Origin: Dehalococcoidia bacterium
Lineage (GTDB): Bacteria > Chloroflexota > Dehalococcoidia > Plut-88900
Direction: 5' to 3'
Assembly (NCBI GenBank): GCA_965249275.1
Contig: CBDFLQ010000006.1
Location: 512,001 to 576,000 of the forward strand
DNA length: 64,000 nt
Position 1 is the stretch's first letter; every line of letters starts with the position of its first letter. The position numbers and the translations under genes were made by a program. Below are positions 48,880 to 58,437 of the stretch, one piece after another. Below the pieces are notes generated by a model. It made no database searches. It had not been told where the DNA came from and worked only from the letters and a program-made list of their open reading frames with translations.

Positions 48880-49803
48880 TTAATTTAGGGGCGGAGCTGG
48901 GCGCTGGGAGTTGGTAATGAACGGGGTTCCCGAAAACGCTCCACGCCAGCGGCTGTCCGATATGAATTGCAAAAACGCTTTAAGTAGGTACCGCTCTGCA
49001 GGTATCTGTACTTTTCCGTCACTGACGCGGATAGGAAACTCTGTCTGGTCGGCCACCTCCTGACTGTATTTGGTGGTTAGGTTAGTCAGAATTCCGCGTG
49101 TTTGTATTTCTGTTATGCGTTTACGGTCGAGTTGGTCTAGGGCATCCACCACATACTCGATGTTGGTGTTGTCAAATACTTCGGCTTGAACAAAGGCCAT
49201 CACCTCTTTTTCCGTCGCTGCCTTGTATCGTTCCTTTAGGTCAAAAATGGGGCGTACCGCCTGCAGGCCCTTAAAAAGCATCTGTTGTTCTTCAACAATA
49301 CAGACCAGGGAGCGTCCCAGGGTTAAAACAGGGTCGGACAAACGGTCAAATCTGTCGTGCTGGAGAACCATTGCTATTAGGTCGCGACGTTGGAGTAATT
49401 GTTGAGCCGTAAACCCCTGTACTAAGACCCGTGTGCCGTCGATGGGGTAGGAGGGGACACACAAGGCTTTGATGTTGCCCCTAGATAGGTCTTCTGTATC
49501 TAGTTCCTCAACCGCCAATGAACCACCTGTAATCTGGTTAAAAATACTGGCGGCATCGGGGGTTAGTGGGGTGACAAACGTTTCGTCAGGACCCGCTTTC
49601 CAGGTACCCGACGTTTCGTACGGTATATCCTCGACGTTGCCCTCTCTAAAACTCTCGGCTTGTCTTTCAAACATGCGGCCAACTGCAACCTGGAGGCGCG
49701 AGGTTAGCCTTATGCGCCGAGCAACCACTTCCCCTTTCCTGGGCTTACAGATCGCAAAGAGATTCGGGGCATTGTCCTCGGTTATCTCTGTCCTTGTCGT
49801 CAA
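48880..49803 (-). CDS. kwaB: Kiwa KwaB-like (DUF4868) anti-phage protein
   Basis: About 300-aa soluble protein downstream of a KwaA-like TM gene; VLVQGFT, LLF/IFDL segment, C-terminal SGTPFITNS resemble KwaB-like proteins (recognition, no search). Confidence 0.6.
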   Translation of the reverse strand: MTTRTEITEDNAPNLFAICKPRKGEVVARRIRLTSRLQVAVGRMFERQAESFREGNVEDIPYETSGTWKAGPDETFVTPLTPDAASIFNQITGGSLAVEELDTEDLSRGNIKALCVPSYPIDGTRVLVQGFTAQQLLQRRDLIAMVLQHDRFDRLSDPVLTLGRSLVCIVEEQQMLFKGLQAVRPIFDLKERYKAATEKEVMAFVQAEVFDNTNIEYVVDALDQLDRKRITEIQTRGILTNLTTKYSQEVADQTEFPIRVSDGKVQIPAERYLLKAFLQFISDSRWRGAFSGTPFITNSQRPAPPLN

Positions 49804-50323
49804 GTGAGTGAGTCTCCCCTCTGTCCATTAGGGTGTAGGTGGAAAGCTCGATCACATTAACGTATTTTGTTACATTGCGCAATTTTTGCCTTGATAACAA
49901 GATATACGATATGCCTTCGGGAGTACTAACTTTGTAAAAGTGCCAACCCATTATGACCAGTAGGGGGTTAAGGTGGTGATAGTGCCCTGTCACCATCCAA
50001 GCTAAGAACAATGCCCCCGCTGGAATCAGTATGACCCAATTGGTTTGCAGTGTTGGAGTTTCAAGAAGGGGAACCAGGTACAGTACCAAGATACCTAACG
50101 ATTCTTGGTCAGCGGCCTCGGCTCCGGTTAGCTGTAGGGGTATACGCTCGGCGTTGCTATGGTAGTAACGCAGTAAGAGGATTCCGCCAACCAAGAACAA
50201 GACCCCAACGCCCCCCACACAACTGGCCCGTATGTAGTGACCTCCTATTGCTCCCACAATTCCGTACACCCACAACACGGGCGCAACGGACATACCTGTC
50301 AAGATAAAACTACTTAAGTTCAT
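49745..50323 (-). CDS. kwaA: Kiwa KwaA-like membrane protein
   Basis: About 4 TM; LYLVPLL and NPLLVIMGWHFYKV..GISYILLS motif. Confidence 0.6.
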   Translation of the reverse strand: MNLSSFILTGMSVAPVLWVYGIVGAIGGHYIRASCVGGVGVLFLVGGILLLRYYHSNAERIPLQLTGAEAADQESLGILVLYLVPLLETPTLQTNWVILIPAGALFLAWMVTGHYHHLNPLLVIMGWHFYKVSTPEGISYILLSRQKLRNVTKYVNVIELSTYTLMDRGETHSLDDKDRDNRGQCPESLCDL

Positions 50324-50725
50324 CGTCGAATGGGTGGGATTCCAGGGGGTGGCTGTTTGTGGGTTCCAGTATACAACACCGCCACAATCTCGCTGTACCC
50401 AAAAGGTCGGTTTTGGACCACACCTTACCTCCGTTTGTCAAGTGCCCGCCACCCCCCTGTCCTCGTGTCTTAGACACACCGCCCGCCATGTCCTGAGCTA
50501 GCTTATTTTCCCGCCCTTTTTCGCCCCTATTTAGGCCTGTAGCCATGTGATAAGCAACTCTTTTAGTATTGTCATAGCGGCGGCCATAGTTGCTAAAGTT
50601 GACACTTTAGCGTATCATAACAAGTACATCAAAGAAAAACCCCGACAGGTTGCAGCCCGTCGGGGTTCTAAAAGGTCACTGTCATTACCAGTGGCCTTCC
50701 ACCCACAAGGAAGTATCGGTTCCCA

Positions 50726-51955
50726 GTGGTCACGCTAAAGTATACAGCAAACATAGCAGATGAGCAAAACACTCGCTCATATTGCGAACTGAAAAAGGAG
50801 CTTTCCAGCCTGAACGACACCGGTCTACTTCAACGGCTGGAAGCCTACCGCCTGGTGGGGCGTAAAGGTTACTCGCTCCGTGCTCTCTGGCGGGCCTACG
50901 CCTGTTCCTACCTGTTAAACCTTCCCAGTACCAACACCCTTATTCGTAGACTCCGCAATGACTTCGAACTCCGGAAACTATGTGGCTTTACCAGACTTCC
51001 CCACCGAATGACCTTTAACCGCTTCGTAAACCGGTTGTCCCACCACCCCAGCCTTGTGGAGCAGGCATTTGCGGGGGTTACCAATGAACTTAAGGGCTTC
51101 CTGCCCGACCTGGGCGAGGAAGTGGCGGTGGACTCCACGGTTGTGAAGAGTTACAGCCGACCACACCATAAAGACCTCAGTGATCCCGAAGCCTCGTGGA
51201 CGGCCAAGAACAGTCCCCGGGCCAAAAAGGACGGCAAGGAATGGTTTTGGGGATACAAGGTTCACATGGTGGCCGATGCCAACCACGGACTACCCCTTGC
51301 CCAGTACGTCACAACAGCCAGCCGTAATGACAGCCCGGAGCTACCCAATGTCATAGCACAGGCCGAGAGCCTGTACTCATGGTTTATGCCGGAGGCCGCT
51401 ATGGCTGACAGGGGGTACGACTCCAAAGCCAACCATGAATACCTTTGGGGTAAGGGTATTCTCCCAATTATCCACATAAGGCGAAAGGGGGGTATACGAC
51501 CGAAGGGTGGTAGTGAGTTTTATGACGACACCTTTACCAAGGAGGGAGTACCCGTATGTCTGGGCAGAATCCCCATGCGGTACATTTGCAGTGATCCCAA
51601 GCGGGGCCACCTGTACCGGTGCGTGGGTTGCCACCTGGCGGAGTCATTTAGGGGTGGCATAAGGCACTGTGATACCGAGATATGGCAGGACCCGACCGAA
51701 AACCTTCGGTTGTTTGGAGCCATTAGACGGGAGGGGCCGGAGTGGAAAGCCCGGTATGCCAAACGGCAGGCCATAGAACGGGTCTTCAAGTCCATGAAAG
51801 AGTCCCGGAGGCTAGATCGTCACTACCTCCGAAGGTTGCGCAAGATCAGCCTTCACGCCCTTATGTCGGTACTGACTTTTCAGGTGACGGCCCTGGTAAA
51901 GGCCCGGCAAGGGCGGTTTGGCGAGCTTAGGTGGCAGGTCGAGAAGGTAGCCTAA
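50726..51955 (+). CDS. DDE transposase (IS5/IS1182-like; DUF772 plus DDE_Tnp_1)
   Basis: VAVDST, SDPEASW, WGYKVH, ADRGYDS, YAKRQAIERVF. Confidence 0.92.
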   Translation: MVTLKYTANIADEQNTRSYCELKKELSSLNDTGLLQRLEAYRLVGRKGYSLRALWRAYACSYLLNLPSTNTLIRRLRNDFELRKLCGFTRLPHRMTFNRFVNRLSHHPSLVEQAFAGVTNELKGFLPDLGEEVAVDSTVVKSYSRPHHKDLSDPEASWTAKNSPRAKKDGKEWFWGYKVHMVADANHGLPLAQYVTTASRNDSPELPNVIAQAESLYSWFMPEAAMADRGYDSKANHEYLWGKGILPIIHIRRKGGIRPKGGSEFYDDTFTKEGVPVCLGRIPMRYICSDPKRGHLYRCVGCHLAESFRGGIRHCDTEIWQDPTENLRLFGAIRREGPEWKARYAKRQAIERVFKSMKESRRLDRHYLRRLRKISLHALMSVLTFQVTALVKARQGRFGELRWQVEKVA

Positions 51956-52159
51956 ACGAGTCGAGTTTCTGATTGACACGACCCCATGTCCGGCGTAGTC
52001 TAGTCTTAGCGACAGTGGTTCACTGGTTACACATACCCAATTCCCGTTATTCCATGCTTGGCCAGGAGAGTGGCCACATGCTCCCTCCTGGCTGGAATAA
52101 CGAGGGCTGGGCCACTGTCGCAAGTACCCACTCTTCTGCTGGAGGGAGCACTTCGCGTT

Positions 52160-53692
52160 ATGTCCCTGAAAGTTAAGTTTGTATTCGCCGTCCTACTATT
52201 AGTGAGTATCTGTGTACTGGCCTCCTGCCGTGGACAGGAGGCCGTTCCTCTGGACACACCCACAGCCCCAGTACTCACGCCTACGGCACAATCCACACCG
52301 AACACACCGGCTACCGCGCAGGCAAGCCCTCTCCCAACCGCCGCTCCTCCGTCCGTTTCGCCGCCACCCTCCCCAACTCCTCTTCCTACCTACACAACCG
52401 CCACGGTCACCCCTATTCCCATTTACACTCCTGTGCCCAAACCAGCCGCAACCCCAGCCACCACGCCGATCCCAACCCCGACCTCAACGCCTATTCTTGT
52501 TCCCACGCCCACACCTACCCCGATAGTCTTATACGTCCAGGGCTGGGACAGACTCCGCAATTGGGGGTGGGTGGAGAGTATTCGTCCCCTGCTAGCGTCC
52601 GCGATTAAGTCAACATCGTGGATAGAAGACGGGATAAGCGACGAGGTTGAACGTAAGGCCGCACAAAACCTTTTGGATATGGCTTCCTGGACTGATATGG
52701 ACCTACCCACCCTCGTACATATTCTTGAATCCCCTTTTCTCGAAACCCTGACACCTTCCGATGCCTGGACATTGCACGAGTTGAGGAACTACGCCGAATA
52801 CGAACAGGACTACTTTGCCCGACTTATGGAGCTACCGTCTATTCAAGACGGAATAGACGATACCGAGGCCAAGATTATCGGTGCCCTGTGGCCGTTTGAC
52901 TACGACAGGAATTTGCGGGCAATGATAGAACCGGCGTACACAATTGAGCGTAGTATCGACTTTCCAATATCAGGCCCCACAGACCTAACGGTGTTGCGAT
53001 TGGGACAACCACCTGCCGAGATGACCTTTAACCGTCTGGAAGAGGTAATTCGCCATATGGAGGCGGTACTGCAACAGCCTCTACCCGACAACAATATCTT
53101 ACTCATACTTTCCGACAAGGTTTATAACAGTCGTGGAGGGCCGCCTTTGGAGGGCGATTACTCAGGACTCAAGTTCGGGGGGCAAATGGTAATACTAGAG
53201 ACGTTTGACACGACTGCAACTAACATTCTGGGCGCAACCGGCATCATTGCACATGAGACGGCCCACTACTACTTTTTAAGAGGCCCCCACTGGCTGGTCG
53301 AAGGTTTTGCCGAGGGTGCGCGGGCAGTCGTGGAGTCGTCTATCACAGGGAAACCCTTGGACTTAAATGACCCAAGCCTAGCACTATGTCCCGATGTCAG
53401 TACCTTTAGGGAGCTAGAGGATGCGCGCATAAGGGTAAATGATGATGAAGACGCCATTGTGTCCAAACTGGATGTTTGGGGTTCAGCTAACGGAGGTGGT
53501 CTCGGTCATTGCTCAGGACATTTTGGCAAACGTGCTTTTGTACAGCTATACCTTGAACTGGACTCCGACCAGTTCCACAAGGGGCTGCAAGAACTGTTGA
53601 CCAAAACGGCTGTATTTACTAACACGGAAGAGGCCACAGTAGAGGATGTTATTTCAGCATTTGGTCCAGTGGCAGAAAAGATATTTGGATGA
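52160..53692 (+). CDS. Lipoprotein with PT-rich stalk and gluzincin (HExxH) peptidase-like domain
   Basis: Lipobox LASC; PTPTPTP linker; IAHETAHYYF...WLVEGFAE; start moved to ATG 52160. Confidence 0.75.
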   Translation: MSLKVKFVFAVLLLVSICVLASCRGQEAVPLDTPTAPVLTPTAQSTPNTPATAQASPLPTAAPPSVSPPPSPTPLPTYTTATVTPIPIYTPVPKPAATPATTPIPTPTSTPILVPTPTPTPIVLYVQGWDRLRNWGWVESIRPLLASAIKSTSWIEDGISDEVERKAAQNLLDMASWTDMDLPTLVHILESPFLETLTPSDAWTLHELRNYAEYEQDYFARLMELPSIQDGIDDTEAKIIGALWPFDYDRNLRAMIEPAYTIERSIDFPISGPTDLTVLRLGQPPAEMTFNRLEEVIRHMEAVLQQPLPDNNILLILSDKVYNSRGGPPLEGDYSGLKFGGQMVILETFDTTATNILGATGIIAHETAHYYFLRGPHWLVEGFAEGARAVVESSITGKPLDLNDPSLALCPDVSTFRELEDARIRVNDDEDAIVSKLDVWGSANGGGLGHCSGHFGKRAFVQLYLELDSDQFHKGLQELLTKTAVFTNTEEATVEDVISAFGPVAEKIFG

Positions 53693-53756
53693 GGTCTTAA
53701 TGATTACCAGGTCGCTAGGTCATGTACCAATAAGCTAACAATAGGGAAGGCAAAGA

Positions 53757-54044
53757 ATGTGCATCTTAAAGAACCAGTTCAAGACATATCGACGCCGACG
53801 CTGGCGAGGCGGTTCCAGACGACAGGGGCCTCCCTGGGAGGCGGTGGCAATAGCCGCAGTGCCCGACTGGGTAAAGCGTGCTACCAGTCGGGCAACAAGT
53901 TTGCAGGAAGGGCAGTCCCGAGAAATGACCGTCAACGGCAGGACGTTCCAGTACAAGGTATCGGCCACCCAACACCCTCAGCGATGGCAGGGGGATTCGG
54001 GCCTGGAAGTGAACTACTACAAGAGATTACGGCGAGGCCGATAA
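53757..54044 (+). CDS. Hypothetical basic small protein
   Basis: GGAAGG RBS-like sequence, 95 aa, co-oriented with neighbours. Confidence 0.5.
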   Translation: MCILKNQFKTYRRRRWRGGSRRQGPPWEAVAIAAVPDWVKRATSRATSLQEGQSREMTVNGRTFQYKVSATQHPQRWQGDSGLEVNYYKRLRRGR

Positions 54045-54062
54045 CACCACCACCCTGCCCGC

Positions 54063-54251
54063 GTGGTCGGCCGAGGGATACCAGTGATAAAGCGCATCCT
54101 AAAATATGTGTGGGGCAGTTCCTGCATCCTCTACGCCCTAAGCGTAGTGTCAGCCCTGCTCCTGGGTTACTGGGATTGGTGGGTGCTACTGGTAGCCGTG
54201 TTGGGGGTGGTTACCTTTGGGATATGGCGGCGGGTTTCACGGGGCCAGTAA
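54063..54251 (+). CDS. Hypothetical small 2-TM membrane protein
   Basis: Two hydrophobic segments with basic ends. Confidence 0.45.
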   Translation: MVGRGIPVIKRILKYVWGSSCILYALSVVSALLLGYWDWWVLLVAVLGVVTFGIWRRVSRGQ

Positions 54252-54255
54252 CAGC

Positions 54256-54552
54256 ATGACGCAACCCTGGGAAAACACCAAGCTTCCGGAACCCCATGAC
54301 CCGATGTACACGTGCCCCGGCCCCGGCTGGCACAGCGAAGGGCTCTACTATGACCATGACCTCCGGTGGATGCAGGGTAAGCCTGATACCCGCCATCCCC
54401 AAGACGGCTTTTACTGCGATTCCTGTATTCATGCCGCGGAGCGAGAGGCTGGAAAGGGCAGCCGACCGGAAGTTGTATTGGGGCCGACATTGTATGAGGC
54501 GGTACTGCGGAAGCGGGGGCTGGCAACCACTAAACAGGCGACCAACATATAG
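54256..54552 (+). CDS. Hypothetical small Cys/His protein
   Basis: CPGPGWH...FYCDSC; ATG 5 nt after previous stop. Confidence 0.5.
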   Translation: MTQPWENTKLPEPHDPMYTCPGPGWHSEGLYYDHDLRWMQGKPDTRHPQDGFYCDSCIHAAEREAGKGSRPEVVLGPTLYEAVLRKRGLATTKQATNI

Positions 54553-54573
54553 TTAGGAAAGGCGGGGGGTTAA

Positions 54574-55461
54574 ATGGGTGTACCGGACATTTCTTATGCG
54601 GCCGAGGTGGCAAAAAAAGTCGCCCATGATTTTTACACCGACCAGTTAGACCTATCCGACAGGGCTGCGGGACCGGGACGGGCATGGTCCCGTATGCCAG
54701 AAGTTGAATGTGTAACCCGCCTGCGTAGGTCGGGAGTGTCACCCAGAACCATTCGGTTGTTTTTGACGTTTATTGCGGCCATGAACCGTCCCCGGGACTC
54801 CGCCCGCCTTTGGAATAACGGTGTCCAGTTGTTTTACCAGTACCCGGAACTATTTGACCCCGCGGAGACCTCGGTGATGCCGCTTGCCAGTGTCCGCCGG
54901 TACCTCTCGCAATATGGGGTTAGTCTACGTCACGAATCAGACTCTTTTGCATGGCACGTTATTGCCCGCAACCTTACCCATGACAACCCAATACGTCGGG
55001 TGGTAAATGATGGGGTTGGAAACGCCGGTGAGTTGCTCCAGTACCTTCATACCAGCTCCCAGGAGCAAACCCGATTCCCATTGCTTAGAGGGCCGAAAAT
55101 TGGCCCCATGTGGATGCGTATGCTGGTTGCTCCGGGTGGGGCCACCATAGCCAACATGGACATCATTCCGGTTGCGGTAGACGTGCATGTTTGCCGCGCT
55201 ACCAAGAACCTTGGAGTGGCTGACACTGGGGGTTTGTCTAGGCGGGCGTCCAGACAACTGGTTCAGGACACATGGCAGGCCGCTGTAGCCAAAACGGATA
55301 TTGGAGGCCCGCCAGGTATAGCCAACACTTGTGCCGCCCTTGATCCGGCTCTTTGGGTGTTTGGGAAATTTGGGTGCGGGTATTGTATGCGGTTGCCGGA
55401 GCCGATACCTATTGGTCGGGCCTGCGATCACTGCCAGCTTCGTGGTTCAAGCGATAGCTGA
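54574..55461 (+). CDS. HhH-GPD superfamily DNA glycosylase-like protein with C-terminal Cys4
   Basis: HhH LRGPKIGPM, IPVAVDVHV catalytic-Asp motif, LDPALW, CGYC-x12-CDHC. Confidence 0.7.
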   Translation: MGVPDISYAAEVAKKVAHDFYTDQLDLSDRAAGPGRAWSRMPEVECVTRLRRSGVSPRTIRLFLTFIAAMNRPRDSARLWNNGVQLFYQYPELFDPAETSVMPLASVRRYLSQYGVSLRHESDSFAWHVIARNLTHDNPIRRVVNDGVGNAGELLQYLHTSSQEQTRFPLLRGPKIGPMWMRMLVAPGGATIANMDIIPVAVDVHVCRATKNLGVADTGGLSRRASRQLVQDTWQAAVAKTDIGGPPGIANTCAALDPALWVFGKFGCGYCMRLPEPIPIGRACDHCQLRGSSDS

Positions 55462-55481
55462 ACCGATGGTAGTGGTTATTC

Positions 55482-56009
55482 TTATCGTTTGCGTTTATTT
55501 TGTCGTCGACGTGGCCCTCGAAGTTGACTCTTTAGCTTTATTTGAGACATGCCGACCACATTACTATCGTGTAAGCGTAGAGTGACGGTCTGATTAACAA
55601 AGTCGACAAGTAAATTCACCACTCCCAGGACATCCATTCCCAATAGCGACGGCGCCCCTTTATTTCGAACTATGGCATAATGGTTTTTAACAGTGGGGCC
55701 TATACCAATGGCTCGTCGAACCTGTACGTTGCCCATGTGTAAAATCACGTCTTCTTTTGCGTACTTAGTTGTACCTCCTACACCCGTCGCCTCTAATTGT
55801 GCGGAATACAAGTTTCCCATAGGGATTCCTAGGTTTTCGATATCCCCAGGGTGAAGGGTTGTGGTATCTGCGCCAGTGTCCACTAGAAATGACACTGGGG
55901 CTTTAATGTTAAACCTCGGAATCTCCAGTAAGATAGAAACGAAAGGCCGACCGCTAATTTGGCCAGCCCTTGTTAGTTTTAATCCAAAGTACCCGTTAAT
56001 AATGGTCAC
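55482..56009 (-). CDS. Retropepsin-like aspartyl protease
   Basis: FLVDTGADTT and SLLGMDVL; GTGA overlap with upstream ORF. Confidence 0.85.
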   Translation of the reverse strand: MTIINGYFGLKLTRAGQISGRPFVSILLEIPRFNIKAPVSFLVDTGADTTTLHPGDIENLGIPMGNLYSAQLEATGVGGTTKYAKEDVILHMGNVQVRRAIGIGPTVKNHYAIVRNKGAPSLLGMDVLGVVNLLVDFVNQTVTLRLHDSNVVGMSQIKLKSQLRGPRRRQNKRKR

Positions 56010-56248
56010 AAAATAAAGTCACTGGGTGTTCTAGTGAGAAACACCACTGCCAAGTTTTTGTTGTCGTGCTTTGATCGAGCTTTTTTCAGGGCTACAGTAA
56101 GTTCGGGGTGTTGACTGACGATTTTTCCACCATAAGCCACTACCCATGACTCCGGGTATTTCTCCAGTAACTCCGGGCGCTTAGCCTGAATTAAGATTTG
56201 GTCTTTGTCAAACTGTTCTACAATAGCCCGCGTAGAAACTTCGGCCAT
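56006..56248 (-). CDS. DUF5678-like small protein
   Basis: ELLEKYPESWVVAYGGKIV pattern; coupled to aspartyl protease. Confidence 0.75.
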   Translation of the reverse strand: MAEVSTRAIVEQFDKDQILIQAKRPELLEKYPESWVVAYGGKIVSQHPELTVALKKARSKHDNKNLAVVFLTRTPSDFIL

Positions 56249-56540
56249 GTCAACCCCCTATCAGCAAAAAATAAAAGACATTTACTATAATACCGCAGTC
56301 AAGACCCTAATTAAAGTAAGGGCATTTGCCTTAAACTAAAGCATTTGCCTTTGAAAACACTGTATTTGGCACAGTGGAAAAACAATGATGGGTACCTTTC
56401 AACACCCTCCAAAAACCCCGCACCTGCCAGCCGCCTACCCCGATTACTCCGCTTGCCAGATAGACTAACATGGGTTAGTTTTATACCTGTAGCTTAACGT
56501 AACCGCAATTATGTGCCTCCCTCAAGGGCCTCAATCTGCC

Positions 56541-56570
56541 TTGCAATAAGTCGGCTCCCTCTGATATAAT
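56541..56570 (+). promoter_or_regulatory. nusA operon promoter
   Basis: TTGCAA-18-TATAAT with TG extension. Confidence 0.7.
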
Positions 56571-56597
56571 CGGCCCAACTTAAGGCCAGTTCGTGGA

Positions 56598-56624
56598 AGA
56601 AGTGGGGAGCACCCCACTTTTTTT
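56598..56624 (+). terminator. nusA leader attenuator/terminator
   Basis: AAGTGGGG-agca-CCCCACTT followed by T run, between promoter and nusA. Confidence 0.75.
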
Positions 56625-56664
56625 AATACGGCCCAAAAGTCCGGATTGGAGGGTATAGGCCGGT

Positions 56665-58386
56665 ATGAAAAGCGATTTCCTAATCGCGGTAACTCAGCTT
56701 GCCTCTGAGAGAAATTTGCCGCGCGAAGTGGTTATTTCCGCTATCGAAGCTGCCCTCGTCTCCGTCTACAAGAGAGAGGGCGAGACCGCAGGCCAGAACC
56801 TGTCGGTCAAGATCCTCCCCACCACCGGCGAGGTGAAAGTCGCCGCGCTGAAGACGGTCGTCGAAGAGGTGACCGATACAGACCTGGAAATTACTTCCAA
56901 AGAGGCGAACAAATACAAGAAGGGCGCGGCCATCGGCGAGATCATCGAGATTGAGTCGACGGGCCAATTCGCCGGCAGGATCGCTGCCCAGACGGCCAAA
57001 CAGGTCGTTATGCAGCGCCTTCGGGAAGCCGAGCGTGAACTGGTCTACCAGGAGTTCTCCGACAAGGAGGGCGAGATAGCCAGCGCCATCGTCCAGCGCC
57101 TCGAGCCCAGGCAGGTGATCGTCGACATCGACAAGACGGAAGCCGTTATGCCCGCGCCCGAGATTCCACCCAATGAGCGGTGCCGACCGGGACAGAGAAT
57201 GAAGGTCCTGGTACTTGAAGTAAGCCGCAGTGTGAAGGGCCCGCAGGTTATCGTATCCCGGACCCACAAAGACCTGGTCAAACGCCTATTCGAGTTGGAA
57301 GTGCCGGAGGTCTACAACGGCACGGTGGAGATCCGTTCCATCGCCCGGGAGGCGGGTTACCGGACCAAGGTGGCGGTCTCGGCGCGGCAGGAGGGCATAG
57401 ACCCCGTCGGGTCATGCGTGGGCCTGCGAGGTATCCGAATACAGAACATAGTCAACGAGCTCCACGGCGAAAAGATTGACGTAGTGCAGTGGGACAGGGA
57501 TCCATCCGCCTTCATTGCCAACTCCCTAAGCCCGGCCCAGGTGGCTCGGGTGGAGATCGAAGAAGAGGAAGAGTCCGCAGTAGTAGTCGTGGCAGATCGG
57601 CACCTGTCTCTGGCCATAGGCAAGGAAGGGCAGAACGCCCGGCTAGCCGCAAAACTCACGGGGTGGCGCATCGACATCAAGGGTGTCAGCGACGCCGGTG
57701 AGAGCAAGATACGAGCGGCAGCCATCGCAGCCCTTACCCGGCCGGCGCCCACGGTTGAAGAGCCTACCCCCGACCCCGTGGCCCTCGAGGTTGAGACTCC
57801 CGAGCCGGAGGAATTGGCCGCAGTAGCTGCAGGGGTGCTCGAAGAGGCAGCAGCCGTAGTTGAAGAGGCCGCCGCTGCACTGGCCGAACCGGTCATTGAA
57901 GTGGAGCCCGCGGAACTGCTGGATATTGAAGAGGCCCCGGCGCCGGAAGAGCTGGCCCCGGTAGCCGAGTTGGCGCCCATCGCCGAACCCGAGCCGGTAT
58001 TCGAAGAGGTGGCCGTGCCCGCCTTCCCCGAACCCGCTCCCCAAGCCATTGAGGATATCTGGCCAAGCACCGAGCAAGAGATTTATCGCCCTGCTACCGA
58101 GCTCAGGTTCGCTGAGGACCTGGACATCTTCATTCCAGGCCGTGGTGGCAACAAATCCAAGGGCAAGAAGCGCAAAGGTGCGAAGAGAGGAAGAGGTCCG
58201 GGCGGCGGGCCGTCCAGAGGCCCGGGCGGCGGGATGTCCAGAGGTCCAGGTGGTGGTGGACCGTCCAGAGGCCCGGGTGGTGGAGGTGGACCGTCCAGAG
58301 GTTCGGGGGGTGGAGGCGGGCCATCCAGAGGTCCGGGGGGTGGCAGCTTCGCTCCATTCCCCATCTCGCCAAGGACCCGTCGGTAG
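56665..58386 (+). CDS. nusA: Transcription termination factor NusA with long C-terminal extension
   Basis: [55 protein letters not shown]. Confidence 0.97.
   Translation: MKSDFLIAVTQLASERNLPREVVISAIEAALVSVYKREGETAGQNLSVKILPTTGEVKVAALKTVVEEVTDTDLEITSKEANKYKKGAAIGEIIEIESTGQFAGRIAAQTAKQVVMQRLREAERELVYQEFSDKEGEIASAIVQRLEPRQVIVDIDKTEAVMPAPEIPPNERCRPGQRMKVLVLEVSRSVKGPQVIVSRTHKDLVKRLFELEVPEVYNGTVEIRSIAREAGYRTKVAVSARQEGIDPVGSCVGLRGIRIQNIVNELHGEKIDVVQWDRDPSAFIANSLSPAQVARVEIEEEEESAVVVVADRHLSLAIGKEGQNARLAAKLTGWRIDIKGVSDAGESKIRAAAIAALTRPAPTVEEPTPDPVALEVETPEPEELAAVAAGVLEEAAAVVEEAAAALAEPVIEVEPAELLDIEEAPAPEELAPVAELAPIAEPEPVFEEVAVPAFPEPAPQAIEDIWPSTEQEIYRPATELRFAEDLDIFIPGRGGNKSKGKKRKGAKRGRGPGGGPSRGPGGGMSRGPGGGGPSRGPGGGGGPSRGSGGGGGPSRGPGGGSFAPFPISPRTRR
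58195..58343 (+). repeat. Intragenic tandem repeat encoding (RGPGGG..S)n
   Basis: About 6 degenerate TCCAGAGG(T/C)CCGGG units in the nusA tail. Confidence 0.8.
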
Positions 58387-58437
58387 CCGGGTTGGAGGGG
58401 TCGGATTTTCCGACCCAGGCAGAAACGGTAAGTAAGG

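Larger units (their letters stand above)
48213..56523. mobile_element. 8.3-kb TIR-bounded cargo transposon
   Basis: 31-bp inverted repeats GAGGGAGGCACATAATTGCG(A/G)TTACGT(C/T)AAG at 48213-48243 and 56493-56523; flanking direct repeat AAGGGCCT (48205-48212, 56524-56531); AT-richer interior; one DDE transposase. Confidence 0.85.

Noticed and set aside
58195-58343. Possible CRISPR-like repeat array
   Set aside because: In-frame coding repeats with no unique spacers; no cas genes or CRISPR array seen in the window
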